A stretch of 63,836 nucleotides of DNA, filler included, from Reclinomonas americana ATCC 50394 (taxonomy: Eukaryota): the NCBI GenBank assembly GCA_048213135.1. It is 17 parts of 17 records of this genome, joined end to end, with 100 filler letters (N's around TTAATTAATTAA, not from the genome) between each part and the next. Parts side by side here need not be neighbours in the genome. Positions count along the whole stretch, not along the records: positions 10,730 to 13,005 come from AFZH01018939.1; positions 13,106 to 15,391 come from AFZH01018940.1; positions 15,492 to 16,826 come from AFZH01018941.1; positions 16,927 to 20,170 come from AFZH01018942.1; positions 20,271 to 22,194 come from AFZH01018943.1; positions 22,295 to 36,391 come from AFZH01018944.1; 11 more parts are not named here. One strand, written 5' to 3'. Positions 11,536 through 24,882 of the stretch are shown here, piece after piece (positions within the stretch are counted from its first letter, which is position 1; every line of letters starts with the position of its first letter). The notes beneath the pieces were generated by a model. It ran no database searches and was not told the origin of the DNA. It saw only the letters and a program-made list of their open reading frames with translations. The position numbers and the translations under genes were made by a program.

Positions 11536-13160
11536 ATGCCCGCGTGGAAAAGTAGACAGACTGCCTCTGCTGTGTGGCTGCTGGCGTCATTAATCGTCAC
11601 TGCGTGTGTTCTCGTGCAGGTAAGTCGAACACGCAAACAGCACACTCACACAGGAGGCTTAACACCAGCAGAGTGATGTTTCTTGTCCAGTTTTTGTTCA
11701 CTCTCTCCTCTCTCTCTCTCTTGTGCACTCTGGTTGCTCTCTTGATATACTCTTGTCGTCTCTCTCTTCTCTTTGTTCTGTTCTGCAGTTCTCTCTTTCC
11801 TTTGTGTCTCTGTACAGTATTTTCTGTGTGTGTGTTCCTCTTCTCTCACACTCCCTCTGCGCTCTGTTGTGCTCTCTCTCTCACTCTCTCTCACTGCTCA
11901 CTGCTCTCCTTCTGTGCACTCTGGTTGCTCTCTTGATATACTCTTATCGTTGCTCTCTCTGCTCTTCGTCTTTCTTTGTGCTCTCTGTGTTCTCTGTGCT
12001 CCTCCTCTCTCACACTCTTTCTGCTCTCGCTCGCTGCGCTCTCTCTTCCTGTTCTTCCTGAATGACACTAGTGCTCTGCTTGCTATCTTATGATGTTTTC
12101 TTGTTATCTTGCCCCTTCGCGCTGCCTTGTTCTTCTTCTTCTTCTTCATCTCTCTCTCTCCACATACCCTCTCTCCCCCACATCGCCATGCTGAAGCATT
12201 TGCATTCTGGCTGCATACATGTATGCATGTTCAGTTCGAGTCCTCCTTCCTGCTCATATTGTCACTCACCCTCTTCCCTCGCTTTCCTCTCCGCAGCCAT
12301 CGCATGCCGCCTGCAGCGACTGGGCCTTCAATAGATTTCTTGTTGGCCTCACGTACAACCAGCCTGTGCGCGTGTCGAGCACCACGGCGGCACCACTGAC
12401 GGCGTCCATGATTCGAGCAGCGCGGTGAGTGACGGAGAGAGAGGGAGATGAAGAGGGAAGCAAGGAAGGGAGTTGAGACAGAAAAGACTGAGAGCGTCAT
12501 CAAGAGAGACACGCGTATGGAAAGAGAGAGAGAGAGAGAATAGCGAGAGGCAGAGAGAGACACGCATGCACACAGTCACGCACACATGCAGAGAGAGAGA
12601 GAGAGAGAGAGAGGAGAGGAAGAGTGAGGGAGAGGGAGCGTGAGTGAGAGACAGAGGGGGATGGAAATGGGAAGGATCGGGGAGAGAGGCACTCTCGCGC
12701 TCTCTCTGTCTTTCTCCCCGATCCTTCCTTCATCCTGTTACCATTAGTTCTCTCTCTCCCTCGCACTTGCTCTCTGTGAGAGGAAAGATAAACGAGTGGG
12801 AAGAGAGAATATGTGAGGCTCGATTGTTTGACTGTGGATCTAATGCGCCTGTGGTTTAGCTTCGAACCGGGGGAAACGTGCACGGCGTCGCAGGCAGGTG
12901 CTGCTGCGGGTACAGTGGCGGCCACGGCAATCACCACAGTGTCAGGCACCACCACGTCTGTGGATCTCAGTCTGCCACCTTCAGTTGCGACTCTCTCTCT
13001 CTCTCNNNNNNNNNNNNNNNNNNNNNNNNNNNNNNNNNNNNNNNNNNNNTTAATTAATTAANNNNNNNNNNNNNNNNNNNNNNNNNNNNNNNNNNNNNNN
13101 NNNNNTCTCGTCTCTCGTCTCGTCTCTCTCTCTCGTCGTCTCGTCTCTCTCTCGTCTCTC

Positions 13161-13234
<74 letters not shown>

Positions 13235-13240
13235 CTCTCT

Positions 13241-13300
<60 letters not shown>

Positions 13301-16300
13301 CTCACCTGTCTTCTTTCTTCTCTCATCATTTCTTCGTTTCTTCCTCCCATGTGTTCACCGTCTTTTCTTCTCCCTTCCCCCCTTCCCCTTGCCTTCCTCT
13401 TTCACAGGGTCTCGCCACATCCGGTCTTGTCTCCGTGTGCATCTCGTACATCTCGTCGCCAGGCTACAACTACATCAAAGGTACGCCCACCGTCGAGCTG
13501 TCCCGCGTGAGTTGTCGTGTGCTCACTGTGCCACCCACCGCAGCCTCCTGTCAATCAATCGTGCGTCGGGGTCCCAGCGAGCGTATTGTCGTGTCAGTGA
13601 GCGAGTGATAGGACGCGGCACGACGAGAACGAGAAGACTGAGCGAGTGAGAAAACGCGGGACACCGACAGTACAAGAGAGAGAACCGAGACAAAGCACGC
13701 CATGTTGCGAGATCAGTGAGACGAAGAGGCAACTAGCCAAAGTGGGTGGATGGAAGCAGAAAGAGAGAGGGAAATGCGAACCAGAAGAGTGATGACTGCC
13801 AGTAATAGGAAACGAGGATTAGGCAGCAACGCAGAGCCTTAAAGATTGTGCAAGAGAGAGCGTATACCCACAACCAGACCTATTGCGAGGCAAGTTGATC
13901 TCACGTCTCCTTTTCTTCCGCCTCCCGCAGCGTGTGACTGCATGCACCAGCATAAAGTACAGCTGGACCCCGGAGTCGATCAACGCCAACGATGCCAACG
14001 CTCTCGTCACGTTGGTCGGAGGAGGCTTGTCAGCTGCCGCCATCCGCACGGTGCGTTTCGAACCCGGCCAGCTGTGCACGCCGACCACCGCCGGTGCGAC
14101 ATTCGGCACCGTGACCGGCGGCACACGCACCAACATCGCCGCCGATACGGTGCAGGTCCGAGTCGGTGGCTCGGTGCGTCGTCTACGTCAGCGCCACTGC
14201 CAGTCTTCTCCTGTCGTCGCTCACCATACCTCTGTTGTCCTCTCCTCGTGTTCGTTCAGGGTCTACTTGCCGGCATGTACGCCGTGTGCTTGGATTTTAC
14301 CACGAATCCTGCATCCGGTGCATTTGTCAAGGTCGCGCAGAATGGAAACTGCGATGCGACGTTGGTGAGGGGAGGGAGAGCTCACTACCTCAGTGCATTT
14401 TCTTGTGGTGTACTCACGGGCATCATTCTCGACAGGTTGTCGGTACAGTGAATCGGTTGCTGCCATCAGGGGCCATGTCGATCACGAATGTCGTGCTGAA
14501 CACCAGCACGGGATCGGCGGCCGTGGCGGTCAGCGGAGTCTCAGTCGCAATCACGTTTCGCTGCACCGACGCAAGCACCACAAGCGTCGACATTTACGTG
14601 GTGTATGCGGCCAATACCACTTGTGATCAGTCGTCGGTGGTGGCGTCGGGCGTCGCTGTCGTGTGGTGCGTTGCTGCTGCAGTGCGCCCCTGTTGTTTTA
14701 TGTGTGGAGTATGGCGCGCACGCTCACTTTCTGTCGGCGGCAGCAACGGCGTCGCTACCAATACCGTCAATGTAACTCCGCCGGCAGCCGCCATTGGGTC
14801 GGCCACACGCTACGAGGTTCGCGACGCTACCTGGCGCAGCGGCGGCCTTCGAATTGTATAGTTGCGTGTTGGATGGAAGTGGATCGAGCCGTTCATTCAC
14901 TCTGGTGTTCCGTACCATTTCTCTCTTGCTGGTATCTCCCTCTCTCGCCATTTCTCCCCTCGCTCCTCATTCTTTCATTTTCTCTCACGTATTTTTTCAC
15001 AGGTTCAATTTTGTTTCTCTCTCGACTCTTCTCTCGCTCGAATCTGTTCTCACTCGACTCTGTTCTCGAGCGACGCTCGACTGTTCTCTCGCTCGGCTCT
15101 TCTGTCTTAACTTTCTTCTCTCTCGACACTTCTCTCGCTCGACGCTCTTCTCTCGCTCGACGCTCTTCTCTCGCTCGACGCTCTTCTCTCGCTCGACGCT
15201 CTTCTCTCGCTCGACGCTCTTCTCTCGCTCGACGCTCTTCTCTCGCTCGACGCTCTTCTCTCACTCGACGCTGTTCTCTCGCTCGGCGCTCTTCTCTCGG
15301 TCGACGCTCTTCTCTCTCAACTTTCTGCTCTCTCTTTCTCTCTCTCCATCTCTGTCCATCTTTCTCGCATTCTACTCACGAATTTTCTCCCNNNNNNNNN
15401 NNNNNNNNNNNNNNNNNNNNNNNNNNNNNNNNNNNTTAATTAATTAANNNNNNNNNNNNNNNNNNNNNNNNNNNNNNNNNNNNNNNNNNNNGTGCAAAAT
15501 GCACACATTCTGTTGTCGTCGATCTCTCACTGCGCGCACACCGCATCCCAGTTTACTGTCGTGCCCGACGCGCCGACGTTTTTGCCGAGCATCATTGCCT
15601 CTGCAGCTGCCGGAGCCACCATTATCTTGACGGGCACGTCGTCGCTCACTGTTGCACTTTTGCGATCGGTGCGACTGGAGCCGGCCACAACATGCACCCC
15701 GACGTCTGCGGGAGCCATCAGTGGCACTGTGAATGTTGTTGGCGGCTTTTCGAACTTGGCCGGCGGCACCCGCGTCCAGGCGGCGATTGGCGGGACGGTG
15801 CGGTAGCGGTTTCTCAAATTCTCCTCACTTTTTTTATTACTTATTCACCCATCTCCCCTTTCCCTCTGTGCAGGGTCTACCGCGAGGCGCGTACAGCGTG
15901 TGCGTAGAATACAATGCCGCCCCCGGCGTGTTTGTGCGCGCGGGTCCAGTACAACTGTTGGCGAACTCGGCACCCACTGGCATCTTCCTCAGCGCGCCAA
16001 GTACGTACTTTCCCTCGCAGCCGTCGGTGCAGACCGTTGGTACATTGTCGGCGACCGACAATGACGCCGGCGACTCGTTCACGTTTGCGTTGGCGACCGA
16101 CGGGGTCTTGTGTCCACTGGCCAACAACACGGGATTCAGCTTCCTCGGGCCGATAACGCTGCAGGCGGCGGTGAGTATGGCATCCGTCGGCACACGTGTC
16201 GTTTGCATACAGGTGACCGACGCTCTCGGCTTTACCCGAACCGCGCAAATGTCAATAGGAGAAGGTGCTGTAGAGCTTTAAAGTATTTGGTTTGCCGCCA

Positions 16301-19300
16301 TGCACTTGTTGATGGACTCACTCCGCCTTTACCCTCTCTTCCATGCGGCAGCCAACCTGTCACCAACAGACATTTCACTGTCGGGATTGCAGTCGTTCAT
16401 TCCGTCGGCAGGCGCAGTGCACACGGTTGCCGCGATGCAAGGTGTGCTCCTTGTGATTCCATTGCACAGCCATTCCCCCATTTCAGTGTCTGAGTTGCGT
16501 CTTGTCACGCAGCGACGGATCTGAATGCCGCCGACACGTTTGCGTTTTCACTCGTCAACGATCCTGTGCATTGTCCACTCAACGGCGTCGACAATGCGTC
16601 TTTCGGGACTGCTGGGTCAACTCTGACGGGCGTGGCTGGTATTCCATCGACGGCCAGCGCGGTGCACACTATCTGCTTGCGTGTCACCGACACAGCTGGG
16701 GCAGCATTCACGAAACAGATTGCTGTGGCGGAGCGTTGCGTCGTCGACCCATGTGCCATGTGCCAGCCTTGGCTTTTTGCAATTCACGTATCTGTTCAAC
16801 AGGCAACATGCCACCAACCAATATCGNNNNNNNNNNNNNNNNNNNNNNNNNNNNNNNNNNNNNNNNNNNNTTAATTAATTAANNNNNNNNNNNNNNNNNN
16901 NNNNNNNNNNNNNNNNNNNNNNNNNNATTCTCGTATTTTCCTCATCTCCCACGCTCACTCGCCGATGTGCAGCCACCGACCCCAACGCGTTTGACACGTT
17001 CACCTTTGCGTTGGTCGTTGACGGGATTGTGTGCACCAACAACGACAATGGATTTTTCTCTGTGGATCCGGCGACTGGCGTATTGACTGGTGTCCCCGGG
17101 TTGCCGACCATCGCCATCGCCAAGCTGTTCTTATGCGTACAAGTTACTGACTCGGCCGGCTTCACCATTACCCGGGCGATTGCGCTTGTCGAGAGTTGAG
17201 TGCTCGTATTTGTCTTCAGCAATGATCATATCTCCACTCACAATTCTCATCCTATTTGCTGTAGAAAACGTGCCTCCGACTGTGTTCTACATGACTCCCG
17301 CCGTTGGCATTGATGTGGCGTACGTTCAGCCGACCACGAGATCGTCAATCGTGGGTGTTGCATCTGGTTCGTTCTTGCCCCTGTGATAATCGATGCTACC
17401 ATCCCCTCGCCTCTCTATTCTCACGTGCTTTGTTGGACCGCGCGCAGTTGTGGATCCAAACTCGTGGGATTCATTTACACTTTCTTTCGACAACGACCCG
17501 GGCAACTGTCCTACGTTTGCTGGCATCGATAATGCTAAGTTCAAGTTTTTCGGCAATGCGCTTGCCACACTTCCGGCTCCAAGCCTGCCACAATTACTGC
17601 ATGTGTGCATTCGAGCCGAGGACCTCGCGCACAATGCATTTTGGCTTGAGGTCATGGTGCAAGAGGGTGGTAAGTCTGTGTGTTGCCCCGCAGCCTGCTG
17701 TTTGTGAGTGTCGATACCAATCACGCCACCAACCCAATCAGGGTCCACAACTGCCACACTGTCTGCTCCCGGTGGCTACATCCCCGTAGGCCCTGCGGGC
17801 ATTCTTGGTACGCTCTCGAGCAACACCGCAAGTTTGCCAGAAACAATGACTCTCGACACGCTGTGTACGGGTGGCGGTGCCGAGAACTTCTATTTCTCGA
17901 TTGGCGCCTTGAATGTCCTGTCAAGTGCCGTGTCCATTCCGGCGAGCTCCGGCGGGTATCGGATACTTTGTGTTCGGGAGACTGACTCGGCTGCCAGTAC
18001 ATTTGTGGGCGAGTTGCCAGTACCGGAGAGTACGTGTATCATTTTTGCTGCTGCGCATTGTCCGACTGATTGCTTACAGCGCTGAACTGCTGTGCGGCAC
18101 TCGTGCAGTGAACATGGCCCCTACTGGCGTGTCTGCAGGTGGCGTTTACATCCCCGAGGCGACGGTGGACGGACCTGTTGATGTGTTACTTGGTTTCGTC
18201 GTGCTGCGGCGCGTATGTATGCATTCCCGTCTTGTTGACTTAAATGCGCGCGCTTCGTGGCCAGCTGCGGATCCCAACACCTTTGACGGGTGGGTGTTTT
18301 CGTTTTCCACTGGATGCGTGAATGGCGGAGCGGACAATGGCGACTTTGTCATTGTCGGATCCATGCTTCGCTACAAGAGCCACTTGACGGGGTCACTTAC
18401 CGGCTTGCGAAACATTTGCTTGACGGTCACCGACGCGGCAGGCAACATGGGTCCCGACGTTCCTCTTACAGTCGCTGAGGGTGAGACTTGTGTATGCGCC
18501 TCCGTATGCGTCTTGCTAACGCACTCTGCATGCGGCAGAAAATCTTCCACCGACCGGCATCATCGGCATTACTGCGGCCACCAAGTACACGCCGTCAGCT
18601 GCAGCAATGCACACCGTCACCAGTAATCTTGTGGCCGTTGACGCCAACAAGTCCGGCACGTGGACATTCACGGTCTGTACTCTTATAGTCGTGGTGGGGG
18701 TTTCCGCGTGTCTTTGTGTCGATGTTTTGACGCGACATAAATGATCGTGCAGCTGGTCGCCGATGCCGCCAGGTGCCCAGTGGGACAGGGGGCCGATAAT
18801 GGCGACTTTAGCATCCAGGCCCCTGGAACGGCGCCTGCCACACTGCTGGGCAAAGCTGGCCTGACACCGTCGGCAATCGGCCTCCGTCGTGTGTGCTTGA
18901 ATGTCGTTGACGGTAGCGGAATGTCATATACGGGAGAGTTTGTCATCGCTGAAGGTGTGGATCATGTCTCTTTCTGTTGAGTCGCGCGTCGGACATTCTT
19001 CCATTCATACGTGCGCTCTTACCGCAGCCAATGTTGCGCCGAGTACTGTGGTGCTCACCCCACCTGCACCCACCTACACTCCACTTGCCACTTCGGCGGT
19101 CGCGGTCGCCACCTTTTCTGCCAGTGATGTCAACCTGCAGGATGGCTTCGCGTGAGTGTTGTGTTGCCAGCAGGCTGACGTCTTCGGTTTCGCAAAGCGT
19201 TGACTTCGCCTTTGTCTCTTTTTTCAGCTTTACCTTCGACTCTGGATGTGCAACTGGTGCCGGTGACAATTTGTCGTTCTCCATCAGCGGCGCTGCACTC

Positions 19301-20271
19301 CTGGCCAATGCTGGCATCACCAGTTCCGCCACTGGCAACAAGAAGGTCTGCGTGGTGGCCATTGACACGGGAGCACCGCCGCAGACCTCGCAGCCGTTCT
19401 CGTTCACGGTCGTGGAGAGTTGCGCAACGCGTGCTGCACGCTGTTCTCATGCCTTGGAATGCAACGCATGACTCATGTCTCGTGGCAGACAACTTGCCGC
19501 CGACTGGTATCACGCCGCCGGCAATTGCGACGTACGTCGCCGGTGGACTGGCGACCTCACTTGGCACTCTGGCCGGTTCGTACATGCTTATCGTCCTGCA
19601 AGGGTGCTTTGCGTCTCGTATTACTGAATCACCTGCTCGCCCGCCATACAGCCACCGATCCCAACGCAGCTGACATGCTGGCGTTTGTTGCCGTCGCGGC
19701 CGCTCCGTTTTCGGTTTGCTGCGATTGTGCTAAATGTTGTGCCTCCAGCGTGTCGTGGCATCTCAACTAGTGCTCGTTTTCTTGTGCCTGTACCAGCTGG
19801 TGCTCGACCCTGTATCGTGCCCGCATAATGGCGTCAACAACGGCGACTTTAGTGTGTCGGGATCGACGCTGTCGGTGGCAGCCAGTCTGTCGTCTCTGGC
19901 CTCCGCGACTCGCTACATTTGTGTCCGCGTGGCAGATGCCGCCGGTGCCACGTTCACTCGCGAGATCTCGTTTGCAGAAGTTATCTCCATGCCTACTGGT
20001 ATCGTCGCCAATCCTGTGGCACTGTCATTCACGGCGAATCAAGCTGTGGGGAGCTCCGTGGCATCGCTGTCGGCCATTGACTCGAATCCCGGTGCCCCAC
20101 ACGTGTTCACTCTGGCCACCAGTGGCTCGTGTGCTCACGGCGGCGCTGATAACACGGTTCGTCCAGTCAANNNNNNNNNNNNNNNNNNNNNNNNNNNNNN
20201 NNNNNNNNNNNNNNTTAATTAATTAANNNNNNNNNNNNNNNNNNNNNNNNNNNNNNNNNNNNNNNNNNNNC

Positions 20272-20361
<90 letters not shown>

Positions 20362-22416
20362 CCAATTTCAATCACCAGCAACCGACCCGAATGCGGCCGA
20401 CGCCAACTCGCTGACATTTTCGGTGCGTGCTGCTGAGACAATTGACTTGCCGCAGAAGAATTTTGCTAATCTCATATTTTTGTGGGTGTCGGTGCAGCTG
20501 GTGGTGGATGCAACCAATTGCCCGAACAGCGAGCCTCCGTCGGCAGATTTTTACTTTACGGCGCCGCAGGGCGGAACCGCGAGTCTAATGCTGGTGGCCA
20601 ACACAGCTCCCGCTGCAGTCGGTTCACGCACCATTTGTGTTCGTGTCTCGGATGGACACGTCACCGCCAATTCTCGGACCGCAGAGTTCAACATTATTCA
20701 AGGTCTGTGTGTCTGGCAGACGTAGCCTTTGATGTGCGCGCACATAGCTCACTCCTGGTCGACTGCACGCCAGCCAACTCGCCGCCGACGGACATTACCC
20801 TGACGATTACCAGCTCCGGCATGTATACACCTGTCTCGCCGACCGCTGACGCCATCGGCACTCTTGCGGGTCAGTTGTTGCTGCGGCCGTGTCTCTTTCC
20901 TCGTTCAACCAACAATTGCATGCCACCCCTGTCTGTGCGCACCGCAGCGACGGATGCCGATGTGTTCGACGGGCACCAATTCACGATTGTGACCAATGAC
21001 GGTGTAAACTGCCCGAACACGGGTGGTATCAACTCGGACGATTTCACAATTGTCGGCACCGTGCTGCAAGCCAAGCCATTGTTGAATAGTCTGCTGGTTG
21101 CCGTGCGCTCCATCTGCATCCTTGTCGAAGACTTGCCCGCGCACGCCAAGTACTACAAGGAATTCAAAATTCGTGAAGGTGTGCCGAGTGTCTCCCGTTG
21201 CTGTGATATTCTCCGCTCTGATCCGTTGCGACAACTCGTAGCCAATCTTGCACCGTGTGCCGGTAACCACGGCGTTTTCCCGTGCATTCGTATGACCTCG
21301 ATAAAGTACGTTCCGGAGTCAACTGTTGCCCAGGTACTGTGCGAGTGCGCAAGCCAGTTGCTGTGTCTGTAGGTGTTCGACTAAAAGACATTCCTACCCT
21401 CCCCCTCCCTCCTCTCTCTCTCTCTTTTTCTCTCTCTTGTGTGCGTTATGTGCGCAGGCTGTGGGCACTCTTTCGTGGGTGGACCTGAACGTGTGGGACA
21501 CTGTGACAACAACCATTGTTGGGGGCCGTAATGCAGACGTGTTCCAACTCACCGGCGACAATGTGCTGATGTTCTCCACGGCGGGCGAAGTCCGATCGGG
21601 CCTGGAGGTCATTGTGCAGGTGATGGACTCTGCTGGTCAGCAGTCACGACAGACGTTCTCCATTGACGCTTGTTGCGTGTGCGAGAGTTTGCGCGTCGTT
21701 GTGCGCGATTTGCATCCTGACACTGGATGCGTTGTCAGTGAATGCACCGCCGAAAGCGCCGACTCTGAGCAATGCTCTTTACGACGGGCCGACAGCAACG
21801 GTGGACACTCCAGTTGGCCTGCTGTCGACGTGGGACCCGAATCCGGAACACACAAACAGCACTCTCACGTGGCGCATCTTGCCGGGTGGTGATGGAGACA
21901 ACTTTAATATTTTGAGCACCTTGTGGCCTCCTGTCTTGCGCCTCAAATCACGTCTTGAAGGTCGCTCTGCGCTCTCTGTCACGGTCGAGGTGGCCGGTGT
22001 GTAGTCGTCACATTGCACTACGTTCTTCTCATCGACGACTGACAATATCTCTCTTTCTCTTCAGATCCGCTGGGCCTCACGGCTCAGTCGACGTTCACCG
22101 TCAATTCTCGTTGCGTTGACTCTCTGTGTGTCACAACAGCGTAATGCGATTCAAGACCAGTTCTCAACGCATTTCTCTTTCCTCTCTCTCTCTCNNNNNN
22201 NNNNNNNNNNNNNNNNNNNNNNNNNNNNNNNNNNNNNNTTAATTAATTAANNNNNNNNNNNNNNNNNNNNNNNNNNNNNNNNNNNNNNNNNNNNTACGTA
22301 CCGTACCGTACCGTACTACTTACGTTCGTTCGTCGTCGTACGTCTCTCGTCGTCGTACGTACTAACGAACGTAACGTACGTACGTACGTACGTACGTATA
22401 CTACGTACTACTACTA

Positions 22417-22476
<60 letters not shown>

Positions 22477-24856
22477 TCCCACGCAGGACCGTTTTTATAC
22501 ATATGGAGCCCGGTCTCCATCTGGGTGCGCTTTGCGAAAGCCAAGGCTCACTTCATATGCTCACCGGTCTCAATCAGCAATGTGGAATTGACTCTGACCA
22601 GTCGCGCCAATCGCAACAACTTTTTCGTCATTGCCGGTGAAAACTCACATTTGAGTGCCGGTGCTGGAATGGCACGAGTGCATTTGACTCACACGCTGCC
22701 TTTTCTTCGTGTCTCCTCTGCGTTTGCACAGACTCACAACCGAGTGTTTGCGACGGCTCCACCGTCAACACGCTGGAGTACGTGGTCCCGCACGATGCCA
22801 CCACCGACACACTCGGACACGATGTCGTGCTGACGGACTTGCCGCAACGACGCCTCACCGCGACGACCTTTGTGCTGGTGCAAGGTAATATTCTTGCCGG
22901 TGAAGGCCTTGGCGATTGATCGCTGAACTCATCGTCTCCTCGACAACCGCAGCCCAAGATGTCGGAGTGCAGGTTCCACCGGCTCGTGGCCTCGTCGTGT
23001 CGACCTTGAGTCCCACGGTTCCTGTCGAGTTTATCTGCAATCGTCCAGGTGATTTTTTCTCGCGACAGAGTGGTCAGCGTTTCTTTGTATCTCTCCTAAA
23101 CGCACCTCTGCAGACATGACGCGCGCCACGGTTGTTGTAGTACCGGAGAACACAATCGTTGCCTTTGATGGATCGTTGAGTACTGATGACGGCACAATTG
23201 CGTCCGGCGGCAGTGGCTCGATTCTCGACAGCCCGCTCATTAGTCACTGGTTCGAAATCGACTGTGAGTGCGGGCAGTACATGGTGAACACGGCGACGTT
23301 CTCGTTGAGCGATTTGCAAGGTACGAGTCTTGTTGTAGTGCGTGAAGCGACTGATAAGTGAGAGAGTAACCGTCGCTGCATTGTGTGCATGCGCGCAGTC
23401 CGAAATCGTGACGCAGCAACCGGTGTGTTACACTCTTTGAGTTCACCTTGCCTTGTGCTCAATGCTTGACACTCTCGTTCTTATTGTCGTGCAGACGGCG
23501 ATGCCACTACTCTTCCTGCACCCTTTCGCGTGCTGGTGTACGACTTGGCGAACCCAGTGCAACTTCTCGTTGGCCAGAGTGGACCAGTCCAAGTGGTTTC
23601 CACCCCCGTTGACAACACCACCATCGACACTGGGGACAACACGTCGACCGATGCAAATGGCGGTGACACGTTTCGTACGCCTGCATGGTCAGCTGCCGTT
23701 CAGTTTATTGATTTTTCTGTATTGCTATGCGTAGCACCACCAGTCCATCTAGTGGTAGTGGCAGCAGTAGCAGCAGCGGCGGCAGCAGTAGTGGCACTGG
23801 CACGCCAGCCGACGCCGGCTCAGAATTAACGATTACGGCAGAGTGTGCCTCTTGGCTCAGCTGTCAGTGGCCGGTGGTGCTCGGCTTATCACTCGCGGCT
23901 CTGATTGGCTTGGTGTGCTGTTGGGGCTTGTGCTGCTGTGCTCGGAAACGACGCAAGTCTATGCGCGAAGAGGAGGCCGAAGTTCTGGCAGCCAGTCTGT
24001 TGAAAGCAAGCGCCAAGGCAGCACAACACGGGGGCGATGCGAAGGTGTGCATGGAAGTTTGTGCGGAATGGAGTAAGAGAAAGGGAATGAGAGAAGGGAA
24101 GAGAGAAGGGAAAGAGAGAAGAGAAAGGAAGAGTGAGAGCAAGGAGTGAGAGATGTAAAGAGGGAACTGGATGTTGGGAGGGAGAGGATGGAGTGAGGGG
24201 AAGGACTGAGAGGAAGGAGAGGGAGAAGGGAGTGTGTTACTGATGCTCACCCACGCTGCATCGCTCTGTGATTCCATGCAGCAACTGGCGGAAACGCGGG
24301 ACGACGATGACAGTGCGCCGGTGCCGCCTGCATCGCCACCGCCACCGCCACTGCTGGTACTCGATCACAGTGGGGACTCGGCCGCGACTCTACTGCTTCC
24401 TGGATCACCAGAGGCCTACGTGACCTCTGATGTCGCCGGCAGGTCCACTCGTGTGCAGGTTGGAGTCGGTCGCGACATTCGTCAGCGTTTGCGCCGTTTG
24501 GCGTTCAACTCGCTGCACGCCGCAGATCCTGGTGAGAGTGTCTCTGTAGATTGCTCCTGCTTCGTTTGTCGGCCCGACTCACACATTTCGCAGACATTTC
24601 AGATGCGCCTGCTGCCGTGTCGACCACTGGCGGAGACTTGCAGCGACCGCGCACAGTGGGAGAGTGGATGCAGCTGGCTCGCCGCCGTCTGCTCCAGCTG
24701 CGGAGAGCGGCAGTGGATAGTGGTGAACCTATCGTCCATGTCGACAGGAGACTTGCGGAGTTGGAGGGTCTGCGTTTGAGTCCCTCGCATGACACGTTGG
24801 CGATTGACGAATTAGAGAGATCCTTTTTCCATGAACAATCTGATAGCCCTCAATAA
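11536..24856 (+). CDS. Giant type-I membrane protein: signal peptide, ~4 two-Cys Ig/IPT-like domains, ~14 Cys-bearing cadherin-like repeats, stalk, TM, cytoplasmic tail
   Basis: The N-terminus MPAWKSRQTASAVWLLASLIVTACVLVQ|PSHA-ACS looks like a signal peptide. Repeats of the form N-x-PT..LS..GTL-A-TD-x-D/N..F..VTD occur from about 15960 to 22110. TM WPVVLGLSLAALIGLVCCWGLCCC is followed by RKRRK, and the stop TAA is at 24854-24856. The model crosses five gaps. Confidence 0.8.
15130..15316. repeat. 18-mer tandem repeat (ctctcgctcgacgctctt)n, intronic
   Basis: About 10 near-perfect copies. Confidence 0.92.
23868..23957 (+). other. Transmembrane segment with Cys cluster and basic stop-transfer motif (+ strand giant protein)
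   Basis: WPVVLGLSLAALIGLVCCWGLCCCARKRRK. Confidence 0.85.
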
Positions 24857-24882
24857 ACTAATCCACACGTGTTGTTGTACTA

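Noticed and set aside
22295..22420. (TACG)-rich repeat next to a gap
   Set aside because: It follows the TACG pyrosequencing flow order at a contig end, so it is probably low-quality read noise.
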